Source: Anthoceros angustus
Taxonomy: Eukaryota > Plantae > Anthocerotophyta
Direction of reading: 5' to 3'
DNA: 64,000 bases
Assembly: GCA_010909165.1 (NCBI GenBank)
Contig: MU008189.1
Span: forward strand, 248,001 to 312,000
The first letter of the stretch is position 1, and each line of letters begins with the position of its first letter. The notes below the pieces were generated by a model that saw only the letters and a list, made by a program, of their open reading frames with translations, searched no databases and had not been told where the DNA came from. The position numbers were made by a program, and so were the translations under genes. Below are positions 1 to 12,170 of this stretch, in pieces.

Positions 1-2196
1 CCTCGGCTAAATTCATGTCGCCATGCATCTTGCAGCCAGCCAGGAAAGCATTCCAGCCAACACTGTTTTTTTCATGGGGCATAGTTTCCAGCAACTTTCT
101 GGCTTCATCCAGATGTCCAAACCTGCACAAGATATCAACCATGCAGTTGTAGTGCTCAAGAGTCGGCACGACTGCATGCTCACGTTCCATGGATGTGAAG
201 TAGCGCCAGCCCTCATTTACTAATCCAACATGACTGCATGCTGTCAGGAGGCAGGAAAATGTTGCCGAATCCGGCTTCACTCCATTGCGTTGCATCTCCT
301 CAAAACATCGCACTGCCATGTGATAATTATTATGCTGGCCATACCCTTTCATAAGGGCATTCCACGTCACTACATTTTTGCATGCCAGTCCCTTGAACAC
401 TCTGCAAGCATCTTCCAGGCTTCCGCATTTAGCATACATGTCCACCAGAGAAGTCCCGACACAAACATCTGCTCCAAGTCCTCTATCCAGGATATGTTCA
501 TGAATTCTTTTACCCTCCTGCAACGCACCAGTGGCACCACAAGCGGTCAGGAGGCTCACGAATGTTACGCTATTGCCCAGGATATTATCCTCCTGCATCC
601 TTTCATACAACATGAGGGCTTCCTGACCAAAACCCTGCTGAGCGTATGCTGAAATCATGGCACTCCAGGTCACCACGTTTCTACTCTTCAATCGGTCAAA
701 CACCCAACCAGCATCTGCTAAACTCCCACATTTCGCATACATGTCCACCAAAGCACTTCCAACAAGCATACCTGCGTCCAGCCCTTGTTGACAGATGTGA
801 GCATGAATTCGCCTACCTTCTTCCAAAGCTCCTAGGCCGGAACACACTTTCAGCATGCTCATAAATGTAGTTTGGTCTGGCTTCATTCCGAGCTCTTCCA
901 TGCTGATGTAAACTTGAAGGGCTTCCGCATCAAGGCCATGCTGAGCACATCCTGCAATCATGGCATTACATGTAACTACATTCCTGTTCGGCAATCTGAG
1001 AAAAACGTTGCAAGCATCCTCCAGGCTTGAGCATTTCACATACATGTCCACCAACATGCTTCCAACACGTACATGAGCTTCAAGTCCATATTGGAGGACT
1101 TGGGTATGGATAAGCCTGCCCTCTTGTATTCTTCCTGCGCTTACACAAGCTTTCAGAATGCACACGAATGTAACATTGTCCGGTACAAGACAGCTGCGTA
1201 GCATGTGCACATACAGCTGGACAGCCTCCTCCACAAGTCCACGCTGGGAGTATCCTGCAATCATAACATTCCAGGTGACAACATCTTTGCTTGGCATACT
1301 CTCAAATACTCTAAGAGCATCCTCCACACTCCCACATTTGAAAAACATGTCCAACAGGCTGTTTCCAACAAAAACGTTGGACTCAAACCCACAACCCACA
1401 ACATCGGCATGGACAAGTTTGCCAGCCGCCAAATCAGCAGCACTCCCACAAGCTTTAAGGACTGATACAAATATGTAGTCATTTGGTTCGACAGAGGTTT
1501 GACGCATCTGCTGATACAGATATACAGCTAACTCTGCTTGTCCACGTTCACCGTAAGCTGATATTATAGACTCCCACATAAAAGTGTCGGGTGCAGGAAG
1601 TTTCTTGAAAGCCTCCATTGCTTCCAACAGATCCCCATTGAAAGCATACATCCGCACTACATGGTTGGCTAAAAATTTGTTCGGCTCGTACCCAATGTCC
1701 ACGATAAGGGCATGAACTTGCCTACCCACAAGCACATCTTTTCTAACAGTGCACTCCTTCAGAAGATGATACAGCAAGTCCGTTGGGACATACCATCCTC
1801 CCTTCCCCAAGCGGTCCACCACCTGAAGTTCGTCATGTATTTGAGCCTTTGCAGCACAATCACTCCTCTTCACCCTGCATGAATCCACTCGTGTCACCGA
1901 TGTGTCAACGGTTGAAGCAACGGGCTGGTCTTGGGCAAGCAGCAGCCACGAGATTCCATAAAGATGGCAAGGTTTTAGTCATCGCTCATGCAGTACCTGC
2001 CAAAAACGTCCCCACCAGCGCGCAAGCCAGTTGCTTTGTCTGCACACGGAGGCTTTGTATCCAGTGCTAGTGAACAAACCCACCTTCCAGATACGGGAAA
2101 CTCCACTCTGCCACCCAAGCTCAATACTCTTGTGTACAAGTTTATGGCTCCTTCAACCAGGACACATCGCCCAACAACAGAGCCACTTCTTCTCAT
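1..2196 (-). CDS. PLS-class pentatricopeptide repeat protein with E domain (organellar RNA-editing factor); 3' end runs off the window
   Basis: Manual translation gives a continuous frame from 1874 to the window edge with P-L-S triplets (DVVTWNVMIAGYSQRG, PDNVTFVCILKAC, VGSALVDMYAKCGSLADA) and the C-terminal region HYNCMVDILCRFGHLDEA...GWNAFLAGCKMHGD. The Arg-rich leader MRRSGSVVGR (ATG 2196) joins in frame through a predicted GT-AG intron at 1875-1996. Confidence 0.93.
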
Positions 2197-2341
2197 TTGG
2201 AGAAGGAAAAGTTGAACAACCCACAAAAGGGCTGATCATTGTGCTGCTACTGGCAGGAGTGTGAAAAAGGCCTTGCCTTTGAGGAATCAACGGAGAGGAG
2301 ATGGAGGGGGCTTGCATCCTCCCCCGGGGTTTAGGGATTTG

Positions 2342-3816
2342 ATGACAGACCTAAATCCTTCTATGGCGCCAGCATTTCGCGTCAAGCGCATCGCAACTGA
2401 CAAGCAGGGGGCAAGTTGAGGCGAGGGAGGCTGAGATGAATTCCGCGTGCAGACACTCATCCGCTGGGCTCCAGAGGCTCTCGCTGGTTAGACACGCTGT
2501 GTGAATTGTCAGTCTAGATTCTATCTTGGCGTTGCCGGAATTTGAGCCTGCAGTGATTGATGCCGTAGCAACTTGGGGAGGAGAAGCCTGGACAAAGATG
2601 AAGAAGGATGAAGTAAAGGACGAAGAAGGTCCTGTTGGTGATCATCGATCTGGATTGGGCATTGCAGTTCTCATCGTGGCAGCCTTGGCTGTGAGTACTC
2701 ACAGCATGCTCTCTTCGTCTTCCTCGATCATCGGTCAGTGTTGTTAATCTCGTCCTGGAGCTTGTGACGCAGTTAGGATCGATCCGTAGGCGGCTGGCGA
2801 GCAGGGTGTACCGTCAGGTACTTGGAATGCTTCTCCTGCTGAGCTCGAAAAGGGACATGAATTGATGAGGTTGGTTCTACATGGTGACTCCTACTGAAGT
2901 TGATGCTTTGGACATGGAAGGGCCACAGTAGCCAAGGAGATGGAGGAGTAGGGTCTACACGATCCCAAGAGTACTGGGACGAGTACATCGAGGAGGAACT
3001 GAGAAAGGTGGCAGATGAGCTGGAAGGAACAAAAGCAAATTCAGTCCGTGTACGCAATGGTTGGATGCAAGGCTAACATCTCCGGAGCTGTCACCTTTCT
3101 TGCAGGAACGAATACGGCGAATGCAACAGGCATTCCATCGGGGAAAGGCTCAGAAGACGAGAACATACGAAAGGTGGGAGGAACATCCGACAGACTGGAG
3201 CAGCGGACAGCACCGGGATGCTTCACATGATAGAAGCAGCAGTGCTGGGACTCCAAGGTCCCAAGCCTTCAGACGAACTGGCTTGCTCCGCCATTTTGAG
3301 GTGTTAGGCCTTGATCCGTACGTGCCTCTCTCCCGTCCCCTTTGAGTTCACTCATCATCCAGCATCCACACTCAGCTTCGCCCTCAAGCTTTAGCCCACA
3401 GCGTCGCTGGTGTGTTGCAGGAGGAGGGAGAAGCCATACTCTGATGCAGAACTCAAGGTCTGTATGTATTCCTTACACTGGTCGCTCACTTCCGGAACTG
3501 GAGCTCTCTTCCAAACTGCAGCTCTCTTCCAAACTGCCGGTCTCTCGTTCATGATCTTGGCCCACCTCTTGCATGTACAGGCTGCATTCAGAGAGAAAGC
3601 GAAGCTACATCACCCTGACCGAAATATGAACCGCAAAGGTAATCACTCCTTTCGCATCTTTGCATCCCAGTCCATGCAGTGTGAGAGAATTTCATGCAGT
3701 ATGTCTCTGATGAGTCGGGATTGTGTGTGTTGCTGCTGATCACAGTGGAGTCAGAACACAAATTCAGGGAGGTGATGGATTCATACGAGGCACTTCGTTC
3801 CAAGCCCGGCCGGTAA
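2342..3816 (+). CDS. Multi-exon protein with a hydrophobic segment and C-terminal DnaJ (J) domain; start exon uncertain
   Basis: Spliced exons read ERIRRMQQAF...RHFEVLGLDP / RREKPYSDAELK / AAFREKAKLHHPDRN / ESEHKFREVMDSYEAL, including the HPD motif. GT-AG introns; stop TAA at 3814-3816. Confidence 0.85.
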
Positions 3817-4447
3817 AACCCGGCCATGAGGACACGATTCACGAGACGTCTCACCGAGTGGTTGCACCCAGCACCCAGCATCCAGCCCGATCGTGAACGA
3901 TTCACGAACGCACGCCAGGATCGAGGCCATCCTGCTCGCACATGCAGTGCCAACGGACATGTTGTAAAACGTTCTCACAGCAAGGCTTGCTCGAGCGAGA
4001 ACCGCATCGAGTTAAACGCCGCATTTTAGACGGCGTCAATGTCGAAACGGAACGGGCCCACGTACCGAAGGAAGCGCAATGGAGTGCATTGAAATGAACT
4101 GAAGATGAATGAAATAACCGAGCGAGCTTACTGTGTGAAACGGGTGCTTGCGAGTCGACCTGCGATAGGTAAGCTGAGACGGCCTGCAGAAGTGGAGACA
4201 GCGAAGACGAGGAAGAGGCAGGCACGGGAGGGAGGGACCTGTCGCAAGGGAAAGCAGTGAGTTAGGGGAGGCGAGGTTGGGAAGGGTGAGCAAGGAAGGA
4301 AGGAGGCGCAGGAAGGAAGGAACGAGGAAGGAGGCGCAGGGAGCAAGGGAAGGAAGGAAGCAAGGCCGGCCGGGGCGCAAACAGGCAGGCAGGCAAGGTG
4401 GGAAGGAGAGGCAGCTCGCAGGCGGAGAAGGAGGAAGAAGGTGCAGT

Positions 4448-4476
4448 GAGCTGAGCTGAGCTGAGCTGAGCTGAGC
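4448..4476. repeat. (GAGCT)n microsatellite following a GA-rich tract upstream of the PP2A B gene
   Basis: About six GAGCT units read directly from the sequence. Confidence 0.9.
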
Positions 4477-4771
4477 GAGCTTGTCTGACCTTGTTGTTTG
4501 CGTTGCCTGACTGAGTGGAGTGACACAGCGGTAGTGTGGCGTGGCTGCAGCCTGCGGGACGTCCTTCTCCTGCCGCCCAGCAGCTTGAATGGGGAGCGCA
4601 ATCCGGCTGCGCCCCCGTCTGCTGCTGCATCTGCGGTGCACGCAGCCGTGACCTAAATGAGCTTGTCGGGGCGCGCGCCCTGTGAGTCTCAATGTGGGGT
4701 TAGGTGTGTGAGCTCCCGCATCGTCGCCTCCAATATCAGCTGGCCCTTGGAGCAGCCACGGCAGCTCAGTG

Positions 4772-7700
4772 ATGATCCCTGCGGGCGCAGCAGGGGCGGT
4801 GCCTGCAGGAGGGGGGGGTCCAGGCCAAGCTTTTCTGGAGTGGAAATTCTCTCAGGTTTTCGGCGAGCGTGCTGCCGGTGAAGAGGTGCAGGAGGGTATG
4901 CATTCCGGACGCCTTGCCCTCTTGCTCCCGTGCCTGATCTTGTCAATGTGGCCTCGCACTGAGCCCCTCCTCCCGTGTTTCTGCCGTCGCCTTTGTCACC
5001 ACTTATCTGGCCAGTACGGATCCTCCTGCGGATCACTTGCAGTTTAGCTCAGTCCCCTCCCCCCTCGCCTCCGGTGGGTGTTGGTCACTGCTCTTCTGTG
5101 CATCCCCTCAAGGAATGTTCTGTCTCTTTTCCCCATTTCTCATCTCCTCCTGACGTGGACGTGTGTCGCCTCGACTGATTGGACACGTCATCTGCGCTCA
5201 AGTCTAGCCACGGTGGCGTCTTCAAGGCTGTGTTTGCAGTCTTATGCGCAGTGCTATGGTCTGTCCTAGTAGGTTGATGTTGAACGTAAGCTGCATTGTG
5301 GATTTGAACTCATCAGTGGACGGATGTCTTTGGAGGAATGCCACTGCTTCCCCCTCAGTTTTACATTGTCGGAGCACTGTAGCAGTTAGCTTGCGGGCCA
5401 GTTATAACTCTGTGGGGAGAATGACTGTTCTAAGGACTAGGGGTCCTTCTCTAAGCTATCTAAGTGTTGTCTGTTTCTGTTTTCCCACGCAGTTGATATA
5501 ATCTCTGCAATTGAATTTGATAAGAGCGGCGAGCATTTGGCAACCGGGGACAGAGGTGGCAGGGTAGTTTTGTTCGAACGAATTGACGGAAGAGATGTAA
5601 GCTCCTGCACTTTGGATTGCAAGCTAGGCTGGTGGAGCAAGAGGTGTAGATTGGGTTCCTCCAACACTTTGTGGTGGGTTTCCAGGTTCGACCAAGGAGA
5701 GAGTTAGAGAGAACGGATGTTCCAATTGTGAGGCATCCAGAATACCGGTATTCAACGGAATTTCAGAGTCATGAGCCCGAGGTAAGGTTCTGTAATGCTG
5801 TTCCTGTCAGAGAGGCCCTGCCTCTCTTGCTGCACTGGTGTTGCCTTCCTGATTTTGAGGTGGCCTCTCCACCGGGGGTGCTGGGTTGTTAAGGTGTCTC
5901 GTAATCTTTGCCTGCAGTTTGACTATCTCAAGAGTTTGGAGATAGAAGAGAAGATTAATAAGATCAGGTGGTGTGAGACAGTTAATGGTGCTAGGCTTCT
6001 CCTGTCTACGAATGACAAGACTATCAAATTGTGGAAGGTACAGGAAATGTGTGACATTCCTGTCAAGCTTGAACGTATTTCTGTTCACTTGTCAGCCAGC
6101 CTGATCATCAAAATCTGCAGGTGTCAGAGAAAAAGGTGAAGAATGTTACCAATTTGAATGTAGATCCTTCACTGAGGATAGGTGATGGGGCCTCTGTTGG
6201 AAGTGGCTCAAGTCCTCGAGGATATGTGCCTCGGACACTGAGTAACAGCCCCAGCCGTCTACCACTCTTACCATTGAGTAATGACTTGGTATTCCCTGCT
6301 GGTGGCTTTCCTTCATTGCGACTGCCAACAGTGAGTCATTCAAGTCATAATCTATGCTAATCGTGAGCAGAATGTAGAGCTGGTCTTAATGTGGCAGCAA
6401 CCAAGAGCTGTAGTTTTGTGCATTCAGGAGGAAGAAGCTCCTCTCTTTTTTGACCTCTGATGTATGATGGCAGCAGGTTTGGAGTCAGGAGACTGCCTTT
6501 TTCCCAAGATGTAGGAGGGTCTATGCTAATGCCCATGCATATCACATTAACTCGATTTCTAACAACAGGTATGATAAGCTCAGTCCTGAATGTCTTCCAT
6601 TGAAGGGTTGAGTTCTGTCACCAATTAGCATTAATGTGGACCCTTAACCTAGGATGAGAGGTGGCGCCTGTCTAATGTCTTGATGCATCATCTCTGTCAC
6701 ACAGTGACTGCGAAACATACATCTCTGCTGATGATCTGAGGATCAATCTATGGAACATGGAGGTCAGTGATCAAAGTTTCAATATTGTGGATATCAAGCC
6801 CGTAAACATGGAGGATTTGACAGGTACTGATGGTTGGACTCGAGTCATTTGGAGTCTGCATGAACTTCTGCCATTCAGACTTTTCTTAATAAGCTCATAA
6901 CCAGAGTCTACATCACATGAGCAGGCATCTGTTGACACCTTGTCTTTTGCTTAATTACTAACATGCCAAACAGGTTGTCAGAGGGATTGTGTACACTTGA
7001 TAGTGTTTGGTGCTCATGTTGTATGGCAGGTGACAAGTGTGCAGTTGGTGGTGTGGGTTCAAGTGAGATTGTTTCTAGGTGCTTTTCATGCGTCAAAGCT
7101 GACAAGAATGTGAACATCTTGCAAGCCGTCTCTGCATGCTAAGTCCAGGCCTCAAGGGAGAACTGCTTGATAGAACCCTTGGGAGCTGGCATGGGCAGGA
7201 CATTGTCCAACAGATTGCTTTGCCCTGTTAGTGGTAGCATTCTGGGATATGCAAGCCCTACAATAAGCAGACAAGGATGGGAAATTTAACACACACTTGC
7301 CAGTGTTTGATGGGTGACTGTGCAGTATCCAATGTTTGTTTTGACACTTCCTATGTGGTGTGTAAGATCCATTGAGCCAATGAACTACGCATGACAAGCA
7401 GGGTATGCAAATGTTCTGTTAATGCATATCCTACTTGTAAAGCTGGGTATGGCGTGGGTGATGTAAATGAGACTGATCACAAACATCTGTGTATGGGCTC
7501 GCTTTTTCTTTATAGGAGGTTTGGCTAAGCCACTTGTTCCTCCTGTTAATGACTCGATCTGACATCTATTTTCTGTTTTGCAGAAGTCATAACCTCTGCT
7601 GAGTTCCACCCTTCTCATTGTAATACCCTGGCTTACAGCAGCTCCAAGGGAACTATACGCCTTATTGACATGCGACAGTCTGCTCTTTGTGACAGGCATA

Positions 7701-9162
7701 GCAAGCTGTAAGTTGCTCCTCTAAAACAAATAATTGCTGTGATGACGATTTGAAATGTGTGGCATCATCATGCGACGATCGTTTTGTTCGTCTAGGTCTT
7801 GCTTACCAGCCTCATTGTGTGCTCAGGTTTGAAGAGCCAGAGGCTCCGGGGTCTAGATCCTTTTTCACTGAGATCATAGCTTCCATATCTGATATAAAAT
7901 TCGCCAGAGAAGGAAGATACATCTTAAGTCGGGACTACATGACTTTAAAGGTTTGAAAGCTATTTTGCAGTTGGAGCTTCGTTTGCTGGTATTCTGTGTC
8001 AGGGGTAAATGGGGAGTAGGAAACTCTAGTTGGTCATATATCCTGCAGGGTGCGGCTATCTTTTTGGCTCGCCCTACCAGAGCAGGGTGCAGTTATGGCT
8101 CTCTCAATGAGCAGTAAGCTGCTTTTACTTCTGCTCATATACTTGTGTCTCTGTCTGCTCTGGAAGCTTGAAGAGTGTTGGTGGCTTGCAGCTTTGGGAT
8201 GTAAATATGGAAGCTGCTCCAGTTGCAACATTTAAAGTTCATGAATACTTGAGGCCTAAGGTATTCTTGTGAATGAGAATTGATCTTCTGTAACTTAATT
8301 GTTTTGTTTAGATTCTTTTTAGTGTCTTAGCGCCTGTTAAGTAGAATCTTTCCGCAAGGTTGATCTGTCTGCACATTTGGAACTTACTTCAAATTTGGTG
8401 TGTTACTTGATAGTTGTGTGATCTGTATGAGAATGATTCTATATTCGACAAGTTTGAGTGTTGCCTGAGTGGAGATGGTCTACGGGTAGCAACAGGTTCA
8501 TACAGGTAAGTTTTGTGTAGTTTATCCATGGTGTTCTTTAACAGCATGTTTGAGTAGTTATGGGCCCCTGTGGATATTAGTTTTTACGCACTTGTCAGCG
8601 TTCGTAACCTCCTTGGCCTTTTGCGCAGCAACCTGTTTCGGGTTTTTGGTGCTGTTCCTGGAAGTGAAGAGGCAACAACGCTTGAAGCAAGCAAAAGTCC
8701 AACTAGGTAACGTTGCAGCTTTAGCTGCGGGGAAAGATGGCTTTCTGTGCATATTATGCTTGTTGTCCTCATCTCTGGTTGTGCTTCTGGATCTGCAGAA
8801 GAAGGCTTATACAAACAAAGCCTGGAGGTCGGTTTGCCAACCTCGCTCGTGGCAGATCCCGCAGAGGTAAATTTGTTTTAGTAGCCTTCACCTTGGCGCT
8901 TGAGAGTTTTCTGTAAGGGTTTCTACAAGGTCGTGTATGAGAGGAAGCTGTCGTTTCTTGAATCAGTGTCAATGGTTGCCTGTGTGGGATTTGGCTCATG
9001 GTGTTGCCTTCGTCTGTGAAAGCAGGAAATGACAGCCCGGGAAGTGATCTAAACGGAGGGACGTACGATTTCACCTCCAAACTACTCCATTTAGCCTGGC
9101 ATCCAACAGCCAATGTGATAGCTTGTGCTGCTTCGAACAGCCTGTACATGTACCATGCATAG
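4772..9162 (+). CDS. Protein phosphatase 2A 55 kDa regulatory subunit B (B55, WD40), about 14 exons
   Basis: Exons read [118 protein letters not shown] and [25 protein letters not shown], all with GT-AG introns. Confidence 0.97.
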
Positions 9163-9956
9163 TGCCGGTGCCGGTTCTTTGTGGAGAAAGGGCTCTCCAT
9201 TGTATTGTCTCACCGTCTCTCCCAACTCTTTTCTCCTAGTATTCATCCAGTTATTTGTTACAAGGCGATGCCTCGCGCTGTCCGCCGTGAATTAAGCTGC
9301 AAAGGCTGCAGCATGTGCTGCAGCTATGCAGCATGGGTTGTCTGTGGACGTAAATTATGCCCGGATGATGTCATTTAGATGGAGTGACAGCAGGAAAAGC
9401 CAGACAATGGGAAGGAACCGCAGCCTCCCCGTTCTGCCGATGCGGGTATCCGATTTGCAGCAAGATCGGCCCCGGAAAGCCTGCAGGTGCTGAAGGAAGT
9501 GAGGGAAGACTGTCACAGGGGGGCCGCAGGATGTGTTTGCAGAACTGTTTCACAAGTCACGCCTTGATGTTAGTCTGATCGCTTTCCCGCGTCGTCCTGA
9601 CGGAAGGTTCGGACTTCAACACATAATCTCATGCGAAACTCCAGGCAAACACACAAATTTCAGCTTCCAAAATGCAGCTCTCTCTCGGTGTGCAATTGCA
9701 GGGAAGGAGTCGGCTCCTCAACGTTTCATGCTCACTGAATTGCTCAAGACTTCTCTGGGTCTGGAGCTTTCTTGCTCAATGCCTACACGGTCCGAAGAGG
9801 ATCCATTTCCTGTGCCAGCCATTTCGCTGGCAGAAACAACATCACAGGATCATGAACGATCCTGGAAAAGAGAATCCCGCGAATGCGGTCCAAACACCTA
9901 CCCCGCACGACGAGACTACGGAACCAAAACCATCCAGCGGTGTAGATGGCACTGGA

Positions 9957-11060
9957 TCATGCAGGAGGTGAGGTGGAGTTAGAAGGTGGAGGAGGGGAGG
10001 AGAAGCAGGGGAGGGGAGGGAGGAGGAGAAGCAAGGGAGGGGAGGAGGAGGAGAAGCAAGGGAGGGGAGAGGAGGAGGAGGGGAGGGAGAAGCAGGAGGA
10101 GGAGAAGCAGGGGAGGGGAGGAGAGCAGGGGAGGGGAGGAGACGCAGGGGAGGGGAGGAGAAGCAGGGGAGGGAGGAGAAGCAGGGGCGGGGAGGAGAAG
10201 CAGGGGCGGGGAGGAGAAGCAGGGGCGGGGAGGAGAAGCAGGGGCGGGGAGGAGGAAGCAGGGGCGGGGAGGAGAAGCAGGGGTGGGGGAGGAGAAGCAG
10301 GGGTGGGGGAGGAAGCAGGGGAGGGGGGAGGAGAAGCAGGGGCGGGGAGGAGAAGCAGGGGCGGGGAGGAGAAGCAGGAGGGAGGAGGAGACGCAGGGGA
10401 GGGAGAAGCAGGGGAGGAGGAGGCAGGGGAGGAGAAGCAGGGGCAGAAGCAGGGGCGGGGAGGAGGCAGGGGAGGAGGCAGGGGCAGGGGAGGGGCGAGG
10501 AGAAGCAGGGGCAGGAGGAGAAGCAGGGGCAGGGAGGAGAAGCAGGGGCAGGAGGAGAAGCAGGGGCAGGAGGAGAAGCAGGAGGAGGAAGAGGGGCAGG
10601 CGGAGGCGGAGCATGGCAAGCTCCACTTACGCACTTCCCATAACAACATGATTGCGAGCGCTTGCAAATGTTGGTGCAACTGCCGCAGTAGCCATGGTTG
10701 GAAAGCAGATCCACGCACACGCTGGCACAACCGTATGGATTCGGATTCGGATTCGGATATTCCTTGCAGCAGGTGAGCTGGTTTGGGATGCCCAAGCGTG
10801 CTTTGTAGGCGCCTAAGGTTGCACAATTGCGAATCTGCTTGCAACCACCACCGTGACGTCGTTGGAATGTCAGCAAAACTGGTAAATCTAACACAAAACG
10901 CTCTCCAGACATTACACTGCATTGCATTGCAGCACCTCATACTTGAAGAACGCACCTTACGATCTCCACGAGGACAGTTGGTTGCGGCAGGTTTCGCGTG
11001 GAGCTCTCTTGTCAAGAAGCAGAAGCACAGCAAGATAAATATTCCTGCTGATCTCCCCAT
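9957..11060 (-). CDS. Secreted STIG1-like cysteine-rich protein fused to a long Ser-Pro(n)/Ala repeat tail (copy 1; 3' end uncertain)
   Basis: Signal peptide MGRSAGIFILLCFCFLTRELHA, intron 10835-10955, then TCC...CVDLLSNHGYCGSCTNICKRSQSCCYGKCV (STIG1 Cys pattern) followed by ASPPAP/SPPP repeats with frameshifts in homopolymer runs. Confidence 0.75.
   Translation of the reverse strand: MGRSAGIFILLCFCFLTRELHAKPAATNCPRGDRKVRSSSMRCCNAMQCNVWRAFCVRFTSFADIPTTSRWWLQADSQLCNLRRLQSTLGHPKPAHLLQGISESESESIRLCQRVRGSAFQPWLLRQLHQHLQALAIMLLWEVRKWSLPCSASACPSSSSCFSSCPCFSSCPCFSSLPLLLLLPLLLLAPPLPLPPPLPPPRPCFCPCFSSPASSSPASPSPASPPPSCFSSPPLLLLPAPASPPPSPASSPTPASPPPPLLLLPAPASSSPPLLLLPAPASPPRPCFSSPPLLLLPPLLLLPSPASPPLPCSPPLPCFSSSCFSLPSSSSPLPCFSSSSPPLLLLLPPLPCFSSPPPPSNSTSPPA
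9985..10590. repeat. G-rich 18-21 bp minisatellite (GGAGAAGCAGGGGCGGGGA-like) encoding the Pro-rich tail on the minus strand
   Basis: Roughly 30 units visible directly; a shorter array is at 11520-11705. Confidence 0.95.
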
Positions 11061-11431
11061 GGCTTCTCGTCTGCAGATGGTCGACAGTTCTGAAGATGGT
11101 CGTCTGGAGGTGCTTCACCTCCTCTCATGAAGTCCCTTGGCCTCATCTTCGTCCCCGGATCCGTGAGAGGACCAGGACTCGGCCCTAGAGCCAAAATGGG
11201 AGACGCACATGGCGAACATTCCGCCAGCGCAGCGGATGAAGAAGCCACTTCCTGCTCGAAATAGGTCCGAATGCACAGCCATTGCGGCCTGCACAGACGA
11301 AGCAGACTGGCAAAGCGTGGGCCCGTACATTGCTATGCGAAGGTTGGCAAAGGATCAAGCGGGCAGAGTGTCAAGGTCCTGCCAGCCAGCCAAGCCGCCT
11401 CCTGCTGTGCCCTGTGCCCTGCACATCCACT

Positions 11432-12170
11432 TTACTGCTCAGGAGGAGGTCTGGTTGGCCTTGCCAATACGTGGAAAACGTATATCCTAGCACATTCCTG
11501 TGTAAAACTCACAATGTCAGGAGCAGGGGCGGGGAGGAGAAGCAGGGGCGGGGAGGAGAAGCAGGGGCGGGGAGGAGAAGCAGGGGCGGGGAGGAGAAGC
11601 AGGGGCGGGGAGGAGAAGCAGGGGCGGGGAGGAGAAGCAGGGGCGGGGAGGAAGCAGGCGGGGAGGAGGAGAAGCAGGGGCGGGGAGGAGAAGCAGGAGG
11701 AGGAAGAGGGAGGCAGGCGGAGCGGCATGGCAAGCTCCACTTACGCACTTCCCATAACAACATGATTGCGAGCGCTTGCAAATGTTGGTGCAACTGCCGC
11801 AGTAGCCATGGTTGGAAAGCAGATCCACGCACACGCTGGCACAACCGTATGGATTCAGTTCGGATTCGGATATTCCTTGCAGCAGGTGAGCTGGTTTGGG
11901 ATGCCCAAGCGTGCTTTGTAGGCGCCTAAGGTTGCACAATTGCGAATCTGCTTGCAACCACCACCGTGACGTCGTTGGAATGTCAGCAAAACTGGTAAAT
12001 CTAACACAAAACGCTCTCCAGACATTACACTGCATTGCATTGCACCTCATACTTGAAGAACGCACCTTACGATCTCCACGAGGACAGTTGGTTGCGGCAG
12101 GTTTCGCGTGGAGCTCTCTTGTCAAGAAGCAGAAGCACAGCAAGATAAATATTCCTGCTGATCTCCCCAT
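11432..12170 (-). CDS. Second STIG1-like copy with a shortened Pro-rich tail (tandem duplicate, possibly pseudogene or assembly artefact)
   Basis: Near-identical to ~10560-11060, with the upstream region also duplicated. The tail is cut at the junction near 11520. Confidence 0.6.

Noticed and set aside
1975-2226. 83-aa ORF as an independent gene
   Set aside because: Better explained as exon 1 (targeting peptide) of the PPR gene through intron 1875-1996.
4036-4692. Overlapping minus-strand ORFs of 122-218 aa
   Set aside because: Low-complexity translations of the GA-rich leader upstream of PP2A B55, with no domain signal.
9946-10776. Long Gly/Arg/Glu-rich plus-strand ORFs
   Set aside because: Antisense shadows of the Pro-rich minisatellite; stop-free only because of base composition.
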